Of a stretch of 64,000 nt of DNA, positions 49,901 to 62,200 are shown in pieces. A program made the position numbers and the translations under genes. A model generated the notes under the pieces. It had not been told where the DNA came from, made no database searches, and saw nothing but the letters and a program-made list of their open reading frames with translations. The number at the start of each line of letters is the position of its first letter. Position 1 is the stretch's first letter. Source of the DNA: Eledone cirrhosa (Eukaryota); NCBI GenBank assembly GCA_964016885.1, contig OZ024755.1, forward strand, positions 42,966,001-43,030,000, read 5' to 3'.

Positions 49901-52900
49901 GCTGTGTGTGATGGTGAGGGTGCTGGGTGTGGAGGTGGTTATGGGCTGTGTGTGATGGTGAGGGTGCTGGGTGTGGAGGTGGTTATGGGCTGTGTGTGAT
50001 GGTGAGGGTGTTGGGTGTGGAGGTGGTTATGGGCTGTGTGTGATGGTGAGGGTGTTAGGTGTGGAGGTGGTTATGGGCTGTGTGTGATGGTGAGGGTGTT
50101 GGGTGTGAAGGTGGTTATGGGCTGTGTGTGATGGTGAGGGTGTTGGGTGTGAAGGTGGTTATGGGCTGTGTGCGATGGTGAGGGTGTTAGGTGTGGAGGT
50201 GGTTATGGGCTGTGTGTGATGGTGAGGGTGTTGGGTGTGAAGGTGGTTATGGGCTGTGTGTGATGGTGAGGGTGTTGGGTGTGGAGGTGGTTATGGGCTG
50301 TGTGTGATGGTGAGGGTGTTGGGTGTGGAGGTGGTTATGGGCTGTGTGTGATGGTAAGGGTGTTGGGTGTGGAGGTGGTTATGGGCTGTGTGTGATGGTG
50401 AGGGTGTTGGGTGTGGAGGTGGTTATGGGCTGTGTGTGATGGTAAGGGTGTTGGGTGTGGAGGTGGTTATGGGCTGTGTGTGATGGTGAGGGTGTTGGGT
50501 GTGGAGGTGGTTATGGGCTGTGTGTGATGGTGAGGATGTTGGGTGTGGAGGTGGTTATGGGCTGTGTGTGATGGTGAGGGTGTTGGGTGTGGAGGTGGTT
50601 ATGGGCTGTGTGTGATGGTGAGGGTGTTGGGTGTGGAGGTGGTTATGGGCTGTGTGTGATGGTGTGGGTGTTGGGTGTGGAGGTGGTTATGGGCTGTGTG
50701 TGATGGTGAGGGTGTTGGGTGTGGAGGTGGTTATGGGCTGTGTGTGATGGTGAGGGTGTTGGGTGTGGAGGTGGTTATGGGCTGTGTGTGATGGTGAGGG
50801 TGCTGGGTGTGGAGGTGGTTATGTGCTGTGTGTGATGGTGAGGGTGCTGGGTGTGGAGGTGGTTATGGGCTGTGTGTGATGGTGAGGGTGCTGGGTGTGG
50901 AGGTGGTTATGGGCTGTGTGATGGTGAGGGTGCTGGGTGTGGAGGTGGTTATGGGCTGTGTGTGATGGTGAGGGTGTTGGGTGTGGAGGTGGTTATGGGC
51001 TGTGTGTGATGGTGAGGGTGCTGGGTGTGGAGGTGGTTATGGGCTGTGTGTGATGGTGTTGGGTGTGGAGGTGGTTATGTGCTGTGTGTGATGGTGAGGG
51101 TGCTGGGTGTGGAGGTGGTTATGGGCTGTGTGTGATGATGTTGGGTGTGGAGGTGGTTATGTGCTGTGTGTGATGGTGGGGGTGTTGCGTGTGGAGGTGG
51201 TTATGGGCTGTGTGTGATGGTGAGGGTGCTGGGTGTGGAGGTGGTTATGGGCTGTGTGTGATGGTGAGGGTGTTGGGTGTGGAGGTGGTTATGGGCTGTG
51301 TGTGATGGTGAGGGTGCTGGGTGTGGAGTTGGTTATGGGCTGTGTGTGATGGTGAGGGTGCTGGGTGTGGAGGTGGTTATGGGCTGTGTGTGATGGTGAG
51401 GGTGTTGGGTGTGAAGGTGGTTATGGGCTGTGTGTGATGGTGAGGGTGTTGGGTGTGAAGGTGGTTATGGGCTGTGTGTGATGGTGAGGGTGCTGGGTGT
51501 GGAGGTGGTTATGGGCTGTGTGTGATGGTGAGGGTGTTATGTGTGGAGGTGGTTATGGGCTGTGTGTGATGGTGAGGGTGCTGGGTGTGGAGGTGGTTAT
51601 GGGCTGTGTGTGATGGTTAGGGTGTTGGGTGTGAAGGTGGTTATGGGCTGTGTGTGATGGTGAGGGTGTTGGGTGTGGAGGTGGTTATGGGCTGTGTGTG
51701 ATGGTGAGGGTGTTGGGTGTAGAGCTGGTTATGGGCTGTGTGTGATGGTGAGGGTGTTGGGTGTGGAGGTGGTTATGGGCTGTGTGTGATGGTGAGGGTG
51801 TGGGTGTGGAGGTGGTTATGGGCTGTGTGTGATGGTGAGGGTGCTGGGTGTAAAGGTGGTTATGGGCTGTGTGTGATGGTGAGGGTGCTGGGTGTGGAGG
51901 TGGTTATGGGCTGTGTGTGATGGTGAGGGTGTTGGGTGTGGAGGTGGTTATGGGCTGTGTGTGATGGTGAGGTTGTTGGGTGTGGAGGTGGTTATGGGCT
52001 GTGTGTGATGGTGAGGGTGTTGGGTGTGGAGGTGGTTATGGGCTGTGTGTGATGGTGAGGGTGTTGGGTGTGGAGGTGGTTATGGGCTGTGTGTGATGGT
52101 GAGGGTGTTGGGTGTGGAGGTGGTTATATGCTGTGTGTGATGGTGAGGGTGTTGGGTGTGGAGGTGGTTATGGGCTGTGTGTGATGGTGAGGGTGTTGGG
52201 TGTGGAGGTGGTTATGAGCTGTGTGTGATGGTGAGGGTGTTGGGTGTGGAGGTGGTTATGGGCTGTGTGTGATGGTGAGAGTGCTGGGTGTGGAGGTGGT
52301 TATGGGCTGTGTGTGATGGTGAGGGTGCTGGGTGTGAAGGTGGTTATGGGCTGTGTGTGATGGTGAGGGTGCTGGGTGTGGAGGTGGTTATGGGCTGTGT
52401 GTGATGGTGAGGGTGTTGGGTGTGGAGGTGGTTATGGGCTGTGTGTGATGGTGATGGTGTTGGGTGTGGAGGTGGTAATGGGCTGTGTGTGATGGTGAGG
52501 GTGCTGGGTGTGGAGGTGGTTATGGGCTGTGTGTCATGGTAAGGGTGTTGGGTGTGGAGGTGGTTATGGGCTGTGTGTGATGGTGAGGGTGTTGGGTGTG
52601 GAGGTGGTTATGGGCTGTGTGTGATGGTGAGGGTGTTGGGTGTGGAGGTGGTTATGTGCTGTGTGTGATGGTGAGGGTGCTGGGTGTGAAGGTGGTTATG
52701 GGCTGTGTGTGATGGTGAGGGTGTTGGGTGTGGAGGTGGTTATGGGCTGTGTGTGATGGTGAGGGTGCTGGGTGAGGAGGTGGTTATGGGCTGTGTGTGA
52801 TGGTGTTGGGTGTGGAGGTGGTTATGTGCTGTGTGTGATGGTGAGGGTGCTGGGTGTGGAGGTGGTTATGGGCTGTGTGTGATGGTGTTGGGTGTGGAGG

Positions 52901-55900
52901 TGGTTATGTGCTGTGTGTGATGGTGGGGGTGTTGCGTGTGGAGGTGGTTATGGGCTGTGTGTGATGGTGAGGGTGCTGGGTGTGGAGGTGGTTATGGGCT
53001 GTGTGTGATGGTGAGGGTGTTAGGTGTGGAGGTGGTTATGGGCTGTGTGTGATGGTGAGGGTGCTGGGTGTGGAGGTGGTTATGGGCTGTGTGTGATGGT
53101 GTTGTGTGTGGAGGTGGTTATGTGCTGTGTGTGATGGTGGGGGTGTTGGGTGTGGAGGTGGTTATGGGCTGTGTGTGATGGTGAGGGTGCTGGGTGTGGG
53201 GGTGGTTATGTGCTGTGTGTGATGGTGAGGGTGTTGCGTGTGGAGGTGGTTATGGGCTGTATGTGATAGTGAGGGTGTTGGGTGTGAAGGTGGTTATGGG
53301 CTGTTTGTGATAGTGGGGGTGCTGGGTGTGGAGCTGTTTATGGGCTGTGTGTGATGGTGAGGGTGCTGGGTGTGGAGGTGGTTATGGGCTGTGTGTGATG
53401 GTGAGGGTGCTGGGTTTGGAGGTGGTTATGGGCTGTGTGTGATGGTGAGGGTGTTGGGTGTGGAGGTGGTTATGGGCTGTGTGTGATGGTGAGGGTGCTG
53501 GGTGTAAAGGTGGTTATGGGCTGTGTGTGATGGTGAGGGTGTTGGGTGTGGAGGTGGTTATGGGCTGTGTGTGATGGTGAGGGTGTTGGGTGTGGAGGTG
53601 GTTATGGGCTGTGTGTGATGGTGTGGGTGTTGGGTGTGGAGGTGGTTATGGGCTGTGTGTGATGGTGAGGGTGTTGGGTGTGGAGGTGGTTATGGGCTGT
53701 GTGTGATGGTGAGGGTGTTGGGTGTGGAGGTGGTTATGGGCTGTGTGTGATGGTGAGGGTGCTGGGTGTGGAGGTGGTTATGTGCTGTGTGTGATGGTGA
53801 GGGTGCTGGGTGTGGAGGTGGTTATGGGCTGTGTGTGATGGTGAGGGTGCTGGGTGTGGAGGTGGTTATGGGCTGTGTGTGATGGTGAGGGTGCTGGGTG
53901 TGGAGGTGGTTATGGGCTGTGTGTGATGGTGAGGGTGTTGGGTGGGGAGGTGGTTATGGGCTGTGTGTGATGGTGAGGGTGCTGGGTGTGGAGGTGGTTA
54001 TGGGCTGTGTGTGATGGTGTTGGGTGTGGAGGTGGTTATGTGCTGTGTGTGATGGTGAGGGTGCTGGGTGTGGAGGTGGTTATGGGCGGTGTGTGATGAT
54101 GTTGGGTGTGGAGGTGGTTATGTGCTGTGTGTGATGGTGGGGGTGTTGCGTGTGGAGGTGGTTATGGGCTGTGTGTGATGGTGAGGGTGCTGGGTGTGGA
54201 GGTGGTTATGGGCTGTGTGTGATGGTGAGGGTGTTGGGTGTGGAGGTGGTTATGGGCTGTGTGTGATGGTGAGGGTGCTGGGTGTGGAGGTGGTTATGGG
54301 CTGTGTGTGATGGTGAGGGTGCTGGGTGTGGAGGTGGTTATGGGCTGTGTGTGATGGTGAGGGTGTTGGGTGTGAAGGTGGTTATGGGCTGTGTGTGATG
54401 GTGAGGGTGCTGGGTGTGGAGGTGGTTATGGGCTGTGTGTGATGGTGAGGGTGTTATGTGTGGAGGTGGTTATGGGCTGTGTGTGATGGTGAGGGTGCTG
54501 GGTGTGGAGGTGGTTATGGGCTGTGTGTGATGGTTAGGGTGTTGGGTGTGAAGGTGGTTATGGGCTGTGTGTGATGGTGAGGGTGTTGGGTGTGGAGGTG
54601 GTTATGGGCTGTGTGTGATGGTGAGGGTGTTGGGTGTAGAGCTGGTTATGGGCTGTGTGTGATGGTGAGGGTGTTGGGTGTGGAGGTGGTTATGGGCTGT
54701 GTGTGATGGTGAGGGTGTGGGTGTGGAGGTGGTTATGGGCTGTGTGTGATGGTGAGGGTGCTGGGTGTAAAGGTGGTTATGGGCTGTGTGTGATGGTGAG
54801 GGCGCTGGGTGTGGAGGTGGTTATGGGCTGTGTGTGATGGTGAGGGTGTTGGGTGTGGAGGTGGTTATGGGCTGTGTGTGATGGTGAGGTTGTTGGGTGT
54901 GGAGGTGGTTATGGGCTGTGTGTGATGGTGAGGGTGTTGGGTGTGGAGGTGGTTATGGGCTGTGTGTGATGGTGAGGGTGTTGGGTGTGGAGGTGGTTAT
55001 GGGCTGTGTGTGATGGTGAGGGTGTTGGGTGTGGAGGTGGTTATATGCTGTGTGTGATGGTGAGGGTGTTGGGTGTGGAGGTGGTTATGGGCTGTGTGTG
55101 ATGGTGATGGTGCTGGGTGTGGAAGTGGTTATGGGCTGTGTGTGATGGTAAGGGTGTTGGGTGTGGAGGTGGTTATGGGCTGTGTGTGATGGTGAGGGTG
55201 TTGGGTGTGGAGGTGGTTATGAGCTGTGTGTGATGGTAAGGGTGTTGGGTGTGGAGGTGATTATGGGCTGTGTGTGATGGTGAGAGTGCTGGGTGTGGAG
55301 GTGGTTATGGGCTGTGTGTGATGGTGAGGGTGTTGGGTGTGGAGGTGGTTATGGGCTGTGTGTGATGGTGAGGGTGTTGGGTGTGGAGGTGATTATGGGC
55401 TGTGTGTGATGGTAAGGGTGTTGGGTGTGGAGGTGGTTATGGGCTGTGTGTGATGGTGAGGGTGTTGGGTGTGGAGGTGGTAATGGGCTGTGTGTGATGG
55501 TGAGGGTGCTGGGTGTGGAGGTGGTTATGGGCTGTGTGTCATGGTAAGGGTGTTGGGTGTGGAGGTGGTTATGGGCTGTGTGTGATGGTGAGGGTGTTGG
55601 GTGTGGAGGTGGTTATGGGCTGTGTGTGATGGTGAGGGTGTTGGGTGTGGAGGTGGTTATGTGCTGTGTGTGATGGTGAGGGTGCTGGGTGTGAAGGTGG
55701 TTATGGGCTGTGTGTGATGGTGAGGGTGTTGGGTGTGGAGGTGGTTATGGGCTGTGTGTGATGGTGTGGGTGCTGGGTGAGGAGGTGGTTATTGGCTGTG
55801 TGTGATGGTGTTGGGTGTGGAGGTGGTTATGTGCTGTGTGTGATGGTGAGGGTGCTGGGTGTGGAGGTGGTTATGGGCTGTGTGTGATGGTGTTGGGTGT

Positions 55901-58470
55901 GGAGGTGGTTATGTGCTGTGTGTGATGGTGGGGGTGTTGCGTGTGGAGGTGGTTATGGGCTGTGTGTGATGGTGAGGGTGCTGGGTGTGGAGGTGGTTAT
56001 GGGCTGTGTGTGATGGTGAGGGTGTTAGGTGTGGAGGTGGTTATGGGCTGTGTGTGATGGTGAGGGTGCTGGGTGTGGAGGTGGTTATGGGCTGTGTGTG
56101 ATGGTGTTGGGTGTGGAGGTGGTTATGTGCTGTGTGTGATGGTGGGGGTGTTGGGTGTGGAGGTGGTTATGGGCTGTGTGTGATGGTGAGGGTGCTGGGT
56201 GTGGGGGTGGTTATGTGCTGTGTGTGATGGTGAGGGTGTTGCGTGTGGAGGTGGTTATGGGCTGTATGTGATAGTGAGGGTGTTGGGTGTGAAGGTGGTT
56301 ATGGGCTGTTTGTGATAGTGGGGGTGCTGGGTGTGGAGCTGGTTATGGGCTGTGTGTGATGGTGAGGGTGCTGGGTGTGGAGGTGGTTATGGGCTGTGTG
56401 AGATGGTGAGGGTGCTGGGTTTGGAGGTGGTTATGGGCTGTGTGTGATGGTGAGGGTGTTGGGTGTGGAGGTGGTTATGGGCTGTGTGTGATGGTGAGGG
56501 TGCTGGGTGTAAAGGTGGTTATGGGCTGTGTGTGATGGTGAGGGTGCTGGGTGTGGAGGTGGTTATGGGCTGTGTGTGATGGTGAGGGTGTTGGGTGTGG
56601 AGGTGGTTATGGGCTGTGTGTGATGGTGAGGTTGTTGGGTGTGGAGGTGGTTATGGGCTGTGTGTGATGGTGAGGGTGTTGGGTGTGGAGGTGGTTATGG
56701 GCTGTGTGTGATGGTGAGGGTGTTGGGTGTGGAGGTGGTTGTGGGCTGTGTGTGATGGTGAGGGTGTTGGGTGTGGAGGTGGTTATATGCTGTGTGTGAT
56801 GGTGAGGGTGCTGGGTGTGGAGGTGGTTATGGGCTGTGTGTGATGGTGAGGGTGTTGGGTGTGGAGGTGGTTATGGGCTGTGTGTGATGGTGAGGGTGTT
56901 GGGTGTGGAGGTGGTTATGGGCTGTGTGTGATGGTGAGGGTGTTGAGTGTGGAGGTGGTTATGGGCTGTGTGTGATGGTGAGGGTGCTGGGTGTGAAGGT
57001 GGTTATGGGCTGTGTGTGATGGTGAGGGTGCTGGGTGTGGAGGTGGTTATGGGCTGTGTGTGATGGTGAGGGTGTGGGGTGTGGAGGTGGTTATGGGCTG
57101 TGTGTGATGGTGATGGTGCTGGGTGTGGAAGTGGTTATGGGCTGTGTGTGATGGTAAGGGTGTTGGGTGTGGAGGTGGTTATGGGCTGTGTGTGATGGTG
57201 AGGGTGTTGGTGTGGAGGTGGTTATGAGCTGTGTGTGATGGTAAGGGTGTTGGGTGTGGAGGTGATTATGGGCTGTGTGTGATGGTGAGAGTGCTGGGTG
57301 TGGAGGTGGTTATGGGCTGTGTGTGATGGTGAGGGTGTTGGGTGTGGAGGTGGTTATGGGCTGTGTGTGATGGTAAGGGTGTTGGGTGTGGAGGTGGTTA
57401 TGGGCTGTGTGTGATAGTAAGGGTGTTGGGTGTGGAGGTGGTTATGGGCTGTGTGTGATGGTGAGGGTGTTGGGTGTGGAGGTGGTAATGGGCTGTGTGT
57501 GATGGTGAGGGTGCTGGGTGTGGAGGTGGTTATGGGCTGTGTGTCATGGTAAGGGTGTTGGGTGTGGAGGTGGTTATGGGCTGTGTGTGATGGTGAGGGT
57601 GTTGGGTGTGGAGGTGGTTATGGGCTGTGTGTGATGGTGAGGGTGTTGGGTGTGGAGGTGGTTATGTGCTGTGTGTGATGGTGAGGGTGCTGGGTGTGAA
57701 GGTGGTTATGGGCTGTGTGTGATGGTGAGGGTGTTGGGTGTGGAGGTGGTTATGGGCTGTGTGTGATGGTGAGGGTGCTGGGTGAGGAGGTGGTTATGGG
57801 CTGTGTGTGATGGTGTTGGGTGTGGAGGTGGTTATGTGCTGTGTGTGATGGTGAGGGTGCTGGGTGTGGAGGTGGTTATGGGCTGTGTGTGATGGTGTTG
57901 GGTGTGGAGGTGGTTATGTGCTGTGTGTGATGGTGGGGGTGTTGCGTGTGGAGGTGGTTATGGGCTGTGTGTGATGGTGAGGGTGCTGGGTGTGGAGGTG
58001 GTTATGGGCTGTGTGTGATGGTGAGGGTGTTAGGTGTGGAGGTGGTTATGGGCTGTGTGTGATGGTGAGGGTGCTGGGTGTGAAGGTGGTTATGGGCTGT
58101 GTGTGATGGTGTTGGGTGTGGAGGTGGTTATGTGCTGTGTGTGATGGTGGGGGTGTTGGGTGTGGAGGTGGTTATGGGCTGTGTGTGATGGTGAGGGTGC
58201 TGGGTGTGGGGGTGGTTATGTGCTGTGTGTGATGGTGAGGGTGTTGCGTGTGGAGGTGGTTATGGGCTGTATGTGATAGTGAGGGTGTTGGGTGTGAAGG
58301 TGGTTATGGGCTGTTTGTGATAGTGGGGGTGCTGGGTGTGGAGCTGGTTATGGGCTGTGTGTGATGGTGAGGGTGCTGGGTGTGGAGGTGGTTATGGGCT
58401 GTGTGTGATGGTGAGGGTGCTGGGTTTGGAGGTGGTTATGGGCTGTGTGTGATGGTGAGGGTGTTGGGTG
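40955..58470 (+). repeat. Five-copy higher-order repeat family; first two copies have period 4275 bp (98 monomers), later copies are rearranged and shorter
   Basis: Landmark gctgtatgtgatagtga...gtttgtgatagtggggg...gggtttgga at 45059, 49334, 53261, 56266, 58271. Landmark gtagagctgg at 43167, 47442, 51721, 54638. 98x44-37 = 4275. Confidence 0.92.
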
Positions 58471-58729
58471 TGGAGGTGGTTATGTGCTGTGTGTGATGGT
58501 GAGGGTGCTGGGTGTGGAGGTGGTTATGGGCTGTGTGTGATGGTGAGGGTGCTGGGTGTGGAGGTGGTTATGGGCTGTGTGTGATGGTGAGGGTGATGGG
58601 TGTGGAGGTGGTTATGTGCTGTGTGTGATGGTGAGTGTGCTGGGTGTGGAGGTGGTTATGGGCTGTGTGTAATGGTGAGGGTGCTGGGTGTGGAAGTGGT
58701 TATGGGCTGTGTGATGGTGAGGGTGCTGG

Positions 58730-61700
58730 GTGTGGAGGTGGTGATGTGCTGTGTGTGATGGTGAGGGTGCTGGGTGTGGAGGTGGTTATGTGCTGTGTGT
58801 GATAGTGGGGGTGCTGGGTGTGGAGGTGGTTATGTGCTGCGTGTGATGGTGAGGGTGCTGGGTGTGGAGCTGGTTATGGGCTGTGTGTGATGGTGAGGGT
58901 GTTGGGTGTGGAGGTGGTTATGGGCTGTGTGTGATGGTGAGGGTGTTGGGTGTTGAGGTGGTTATGGGCTGTGTGTGACGGTGAGGGTGCTGGGTGTGGA
59001 GGTGGTTATGGGCTGTGTGTGATGGTGAGGGTGCTGGGTGTGGAGGTGGTTATGTGCTGTGTGTGATGATGAGGGTGCTGGGTGTGGAGGTGGTTATGGG
59101 CTGTGTGATGGTGAGGGTGTTTGGTGTGGGGGTGGTTATGTGCTGTGTGTGATGGTGAGGGTGCTGGGTGTGGGGGTGGTTATGTGCTGTGTGTGATGGT
59201 GAGGGTGTTGCGTGTGGAGGTGGTTATGGGCTGTGTGTGATGGTGAGGGTGTTGGGTGTGGAGGTGGTTATGGGCTGTGTGTGATGGTGAGGGTGTTGGG
59301 TGTGGAGGTGGTTATGGGCTGTGTGTGATGGTGAGGGTGCTGGGTGTGGAGGTGGTTATGGGCTGTGTGTGATGGTGAGGGTGCTGGGTGTGGAGGTAGT
59401 TATGGGCTGTGTGTGATGGTGAGGGCATTGGGTGTGGAGCTGGTTATGGGCTCTGTGTGATGGTGAGGGTGTTGGCTGTGGAGGTGGTTATGTGCTGTGT
59501 GTGATGGTGAGGGTGCTGGGTGTGGAGGTGGTTATGGGCTGTGTGTGATGGTGAGGGTGTTGGGTGTGGAGGTGGTTATGGCCTGTGTGTGATGGTAAGG
59601 GTGTTGGGTGTGGAGCTGGTTATAGGCTGTGTGTGATGGTGAGGGTGTTGGGTGTGGAGATTGTTATGGGCTGTGTGTCATGGTGAGGGTGTTGGGTGTG
59701 GAGTTGGTTATGGGCTGTGTGTGATGGTGAGGGTGTTGGATGTGGAGGTGGTTATGGGCTGTGTGTGATGGTAAGGGTGTTGGGTGTGGAGGTGGTTATG
59801 GGCTGTGTGTGATGGTGAGGGTGTTAGGTGTGGAGGTGGTTATGGCTGTGTGTGATGGTGAGGGTGCTCGGTGTGGAGGTGGTTATGGGCTGTGTGTGAT
59901 GGTGAGGGTGCTGGGTGTGGAGGTGGTTATGGGCTGTGTGTGATGGTGAGGGTGTTGGGTGTGGAGGTGGTTATGGGCTGTGTGTGATGGTGAGGGTGTT
60001 GGGTGTGGAGGTGGTTATGGGCTGTGTGTGATGGTGAGGGTGCTGGGTGTGGAGGTGGTTATGGGCTGTGTGTGATGGTGAGGGTGTTGGGTGTGGAGGT
60101 GGTTATGGGCTGTGTGTGATGGTGAGGGTGCTGGGTGTGGAGGGGGTTACGGGCTGTGTGTGATGGTGAGGGTGTCGGGTGTGGAGGTGGTTATGGGCTG
60201 TGTGTGATGGTGAGGGTGCTGGGTGTGGGAGTGGTTATGTGCTGTGTGTGATGGTGAGGGTGTTGCGTGTGGAGGTGGTTATGGGCTGTGTGTGATGGTG
60301 AGGGTGTTGGGTGTGGAGGTGGTTATGGGCTGTGTGTGATGGTGAGGGTGTTGGGTGTGGAGGTGGTTATGGGCTGTGTGTGATGGTGAGGGTGCTGGGT
60401 GTGGAGATGGTTATGGGCTGTGTGTGATGGTGAGGGTGCTGGGTGTGGAGGTGGTTATGGGCTGTGTGTGATGGTGAGGGTGTTGGGTGTGGAGGTGGTG
60501 ATGTGCTGTGTGTGATGGTGAGGGTGCTGGGTGTGGAGGTGGTTATGTGCTGTGTGTGATAGCGGGGGTGCTGGGTGTGGAGGTGGTTATGTGCTGCGTG
60601 TGATGGTGAGGGTGCTGGGTGTGGAGCTGGTTATGGGCTGTGTGTGATGGTGAGGGTGTTGCGTGTGGAGGTGGTTATGGGCTGTGTGTGATGGTGAGGG
60701 TGTTGGGTGTTGAGGTGGTTATGTGATGTGTGTGATGATGAGGGTGCTGGGTGTGGAGGTGGTTATGGGCTGTGTGATGGTGAGGGTGTTTGGTGTGGGG
60801 GTGGTTATGTGCTGTGTGTGATGGTGAGGGTGCTGGGTGTGGGGGTGGTTATGTGCTGTGTGTGATGGTGAGGGTGTTGCGTGTGGAGGTGGTTATGGGC
60901 TGTGTGTGATGGTGAGGGTGTTGGGTGTGGAGGTGGTTATGGGCTGTGTGTGATGGTGAGGGTGTTGGGTGTGGAGGTGGTTATGGGCTGTGTGTGATGG
61001 TGAGGGTGCTGGGTGTGGAGGTGGTTATGGGCTGTGTGTGATGGTGAGGGTGCTGTGTGTGGAGGTGGTTATGGGCTGTGTGTGATGGTGAGGGCGTTGG
61101 GTGTGGAGGTGGTTATGGGCTCTGTGTGATGGTGAGGGTGTTGGGTGTGGAGGTGGTTATGTGCTGTGTGTGATGGTGTGGGTGCTGGGTGTGGAAGTGG
61201 TTATGTGCTGTGTGTGATGGTGAGGGTGCTGGGTGTGGAGGTGGTTATGGGCTGTGTGTGATGGTGAGGGTGTTGGGTGTGGAGGTGGTTATGGCCTGTG
61301 TGTGATGGTAAGGGTGTTGGGTGTGGAGCTGGTTATGGGCTGTGTGTGATGGTGAGGGTGTTGGGTGTGGAGATTGTCATGGGCTGTGTGTCATGGTGAG
61401 GGTGTTGGGTGTGGAGGTGGTTATGGGCTGTGTGTGATGGTGAGGGTGTTGGATGTGGAGGTGGTTATGGGCTGTGTGTGATGGTAAGGGTGTTGGGTGT
61501 GGAGGTGGTTATGGGCTGTGTGTGATGGTGAGGGTGTTGGGTGTGGAGGTGGTTATGGCTGTGTGTGATGGTGAGGGTGCTCGGTGAGGAGGTGGTTATG
61601 GGCTGTGTGTGATGGTGAGGGTGCTGGGTGTGGAGGTGGTTATGGGCTGTGTGTGATGGTGAGGGTGTTGGGTGTGGAGGTGGTTATGGGCTGTGTGTGA

Positions 61701-62200
61701 TGGTGAGGGTGTTGGGTGTGGAGGTGGTTATGGGCTGTGTGTGATGGTGAGGGTGCTGGGTGTGGAGGTGGTTATGGGCTGTGTGTGATGGTGAGGGTGT
61801 TGGGTGTGGAGGTGGTTATGGGCTGTGTGTGATGGTGAGGGTGCTGGGTGTGGAGGTGGTTACGGGCTGTGTGTGATGGTGAGGGTGTCGGGTGTGGAGG
61901 TGGTTATGGGCTGTGTGTGATGGTGAGGGTGCTGGGTGTGGGAGTGGTTATGTGCTGTGTGTGATGGTGAGGGTGTTGCGTGTGGAGGTGGTTATGGGCT
62001 GTGTGTGATGGTGAGGGTGTTGGGTGTGGAGGTGGTTATGGGCTGTGTGTGATGGTGAGGGTGTTGGGTGTGGAGGAGGTTATGGGCTGTGTGTGATGGT
62101 GAGGGTGCTGGGTGTGGAGATGGTTATGGGCTGTGTGTGATGGTGAGGGTGCTGGGTGTGGAGGTGGTTATGGGCTGTGTGTGATGGTGAGGGTGTTGGG
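58730..62200 (+). repeat. More diverged duplication, period ~1713 bp (39 monomers; local offsets 1669-1757)
   Basis: atggcctg 59582/61295, ttacggg 60150/61863, gtgtcggg 60176/61889 (+1713 = 39x44-3); gggcattg/gggcgttg 59426/61095 (+1669); ggtgatgtg 58743/60500 (+1757). Confidence 0.85.

Noticed and set aside
23536-54539. TTAGGG hexamers at 23536, 43063, 47338, 51617, 54534 as telomeric repeats
   Set aside because: Isolated single-base variants of TGAGGG; four of the five are copies of one event within the 4275-bp family. No tandem TTAGGG.
2252-59943. The 60-82 aa + strand ORFs (MWRWLWAVCDGEGVGCGGGYGLCVMVRVLGVEVVMGCV-like), superficially Gly/Cys-rich like keratin-associated or chorion proteins
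   Set aside because: They are the 132-bp three-monomer translation cycle, extended where an indel or substitution bypasses the in-frame TGA-TGG-TGA. They start at GTG inside the repeat, the period is not a multiple of 3, and frameshifting indels are tolerated. Useful only as duplication markers.
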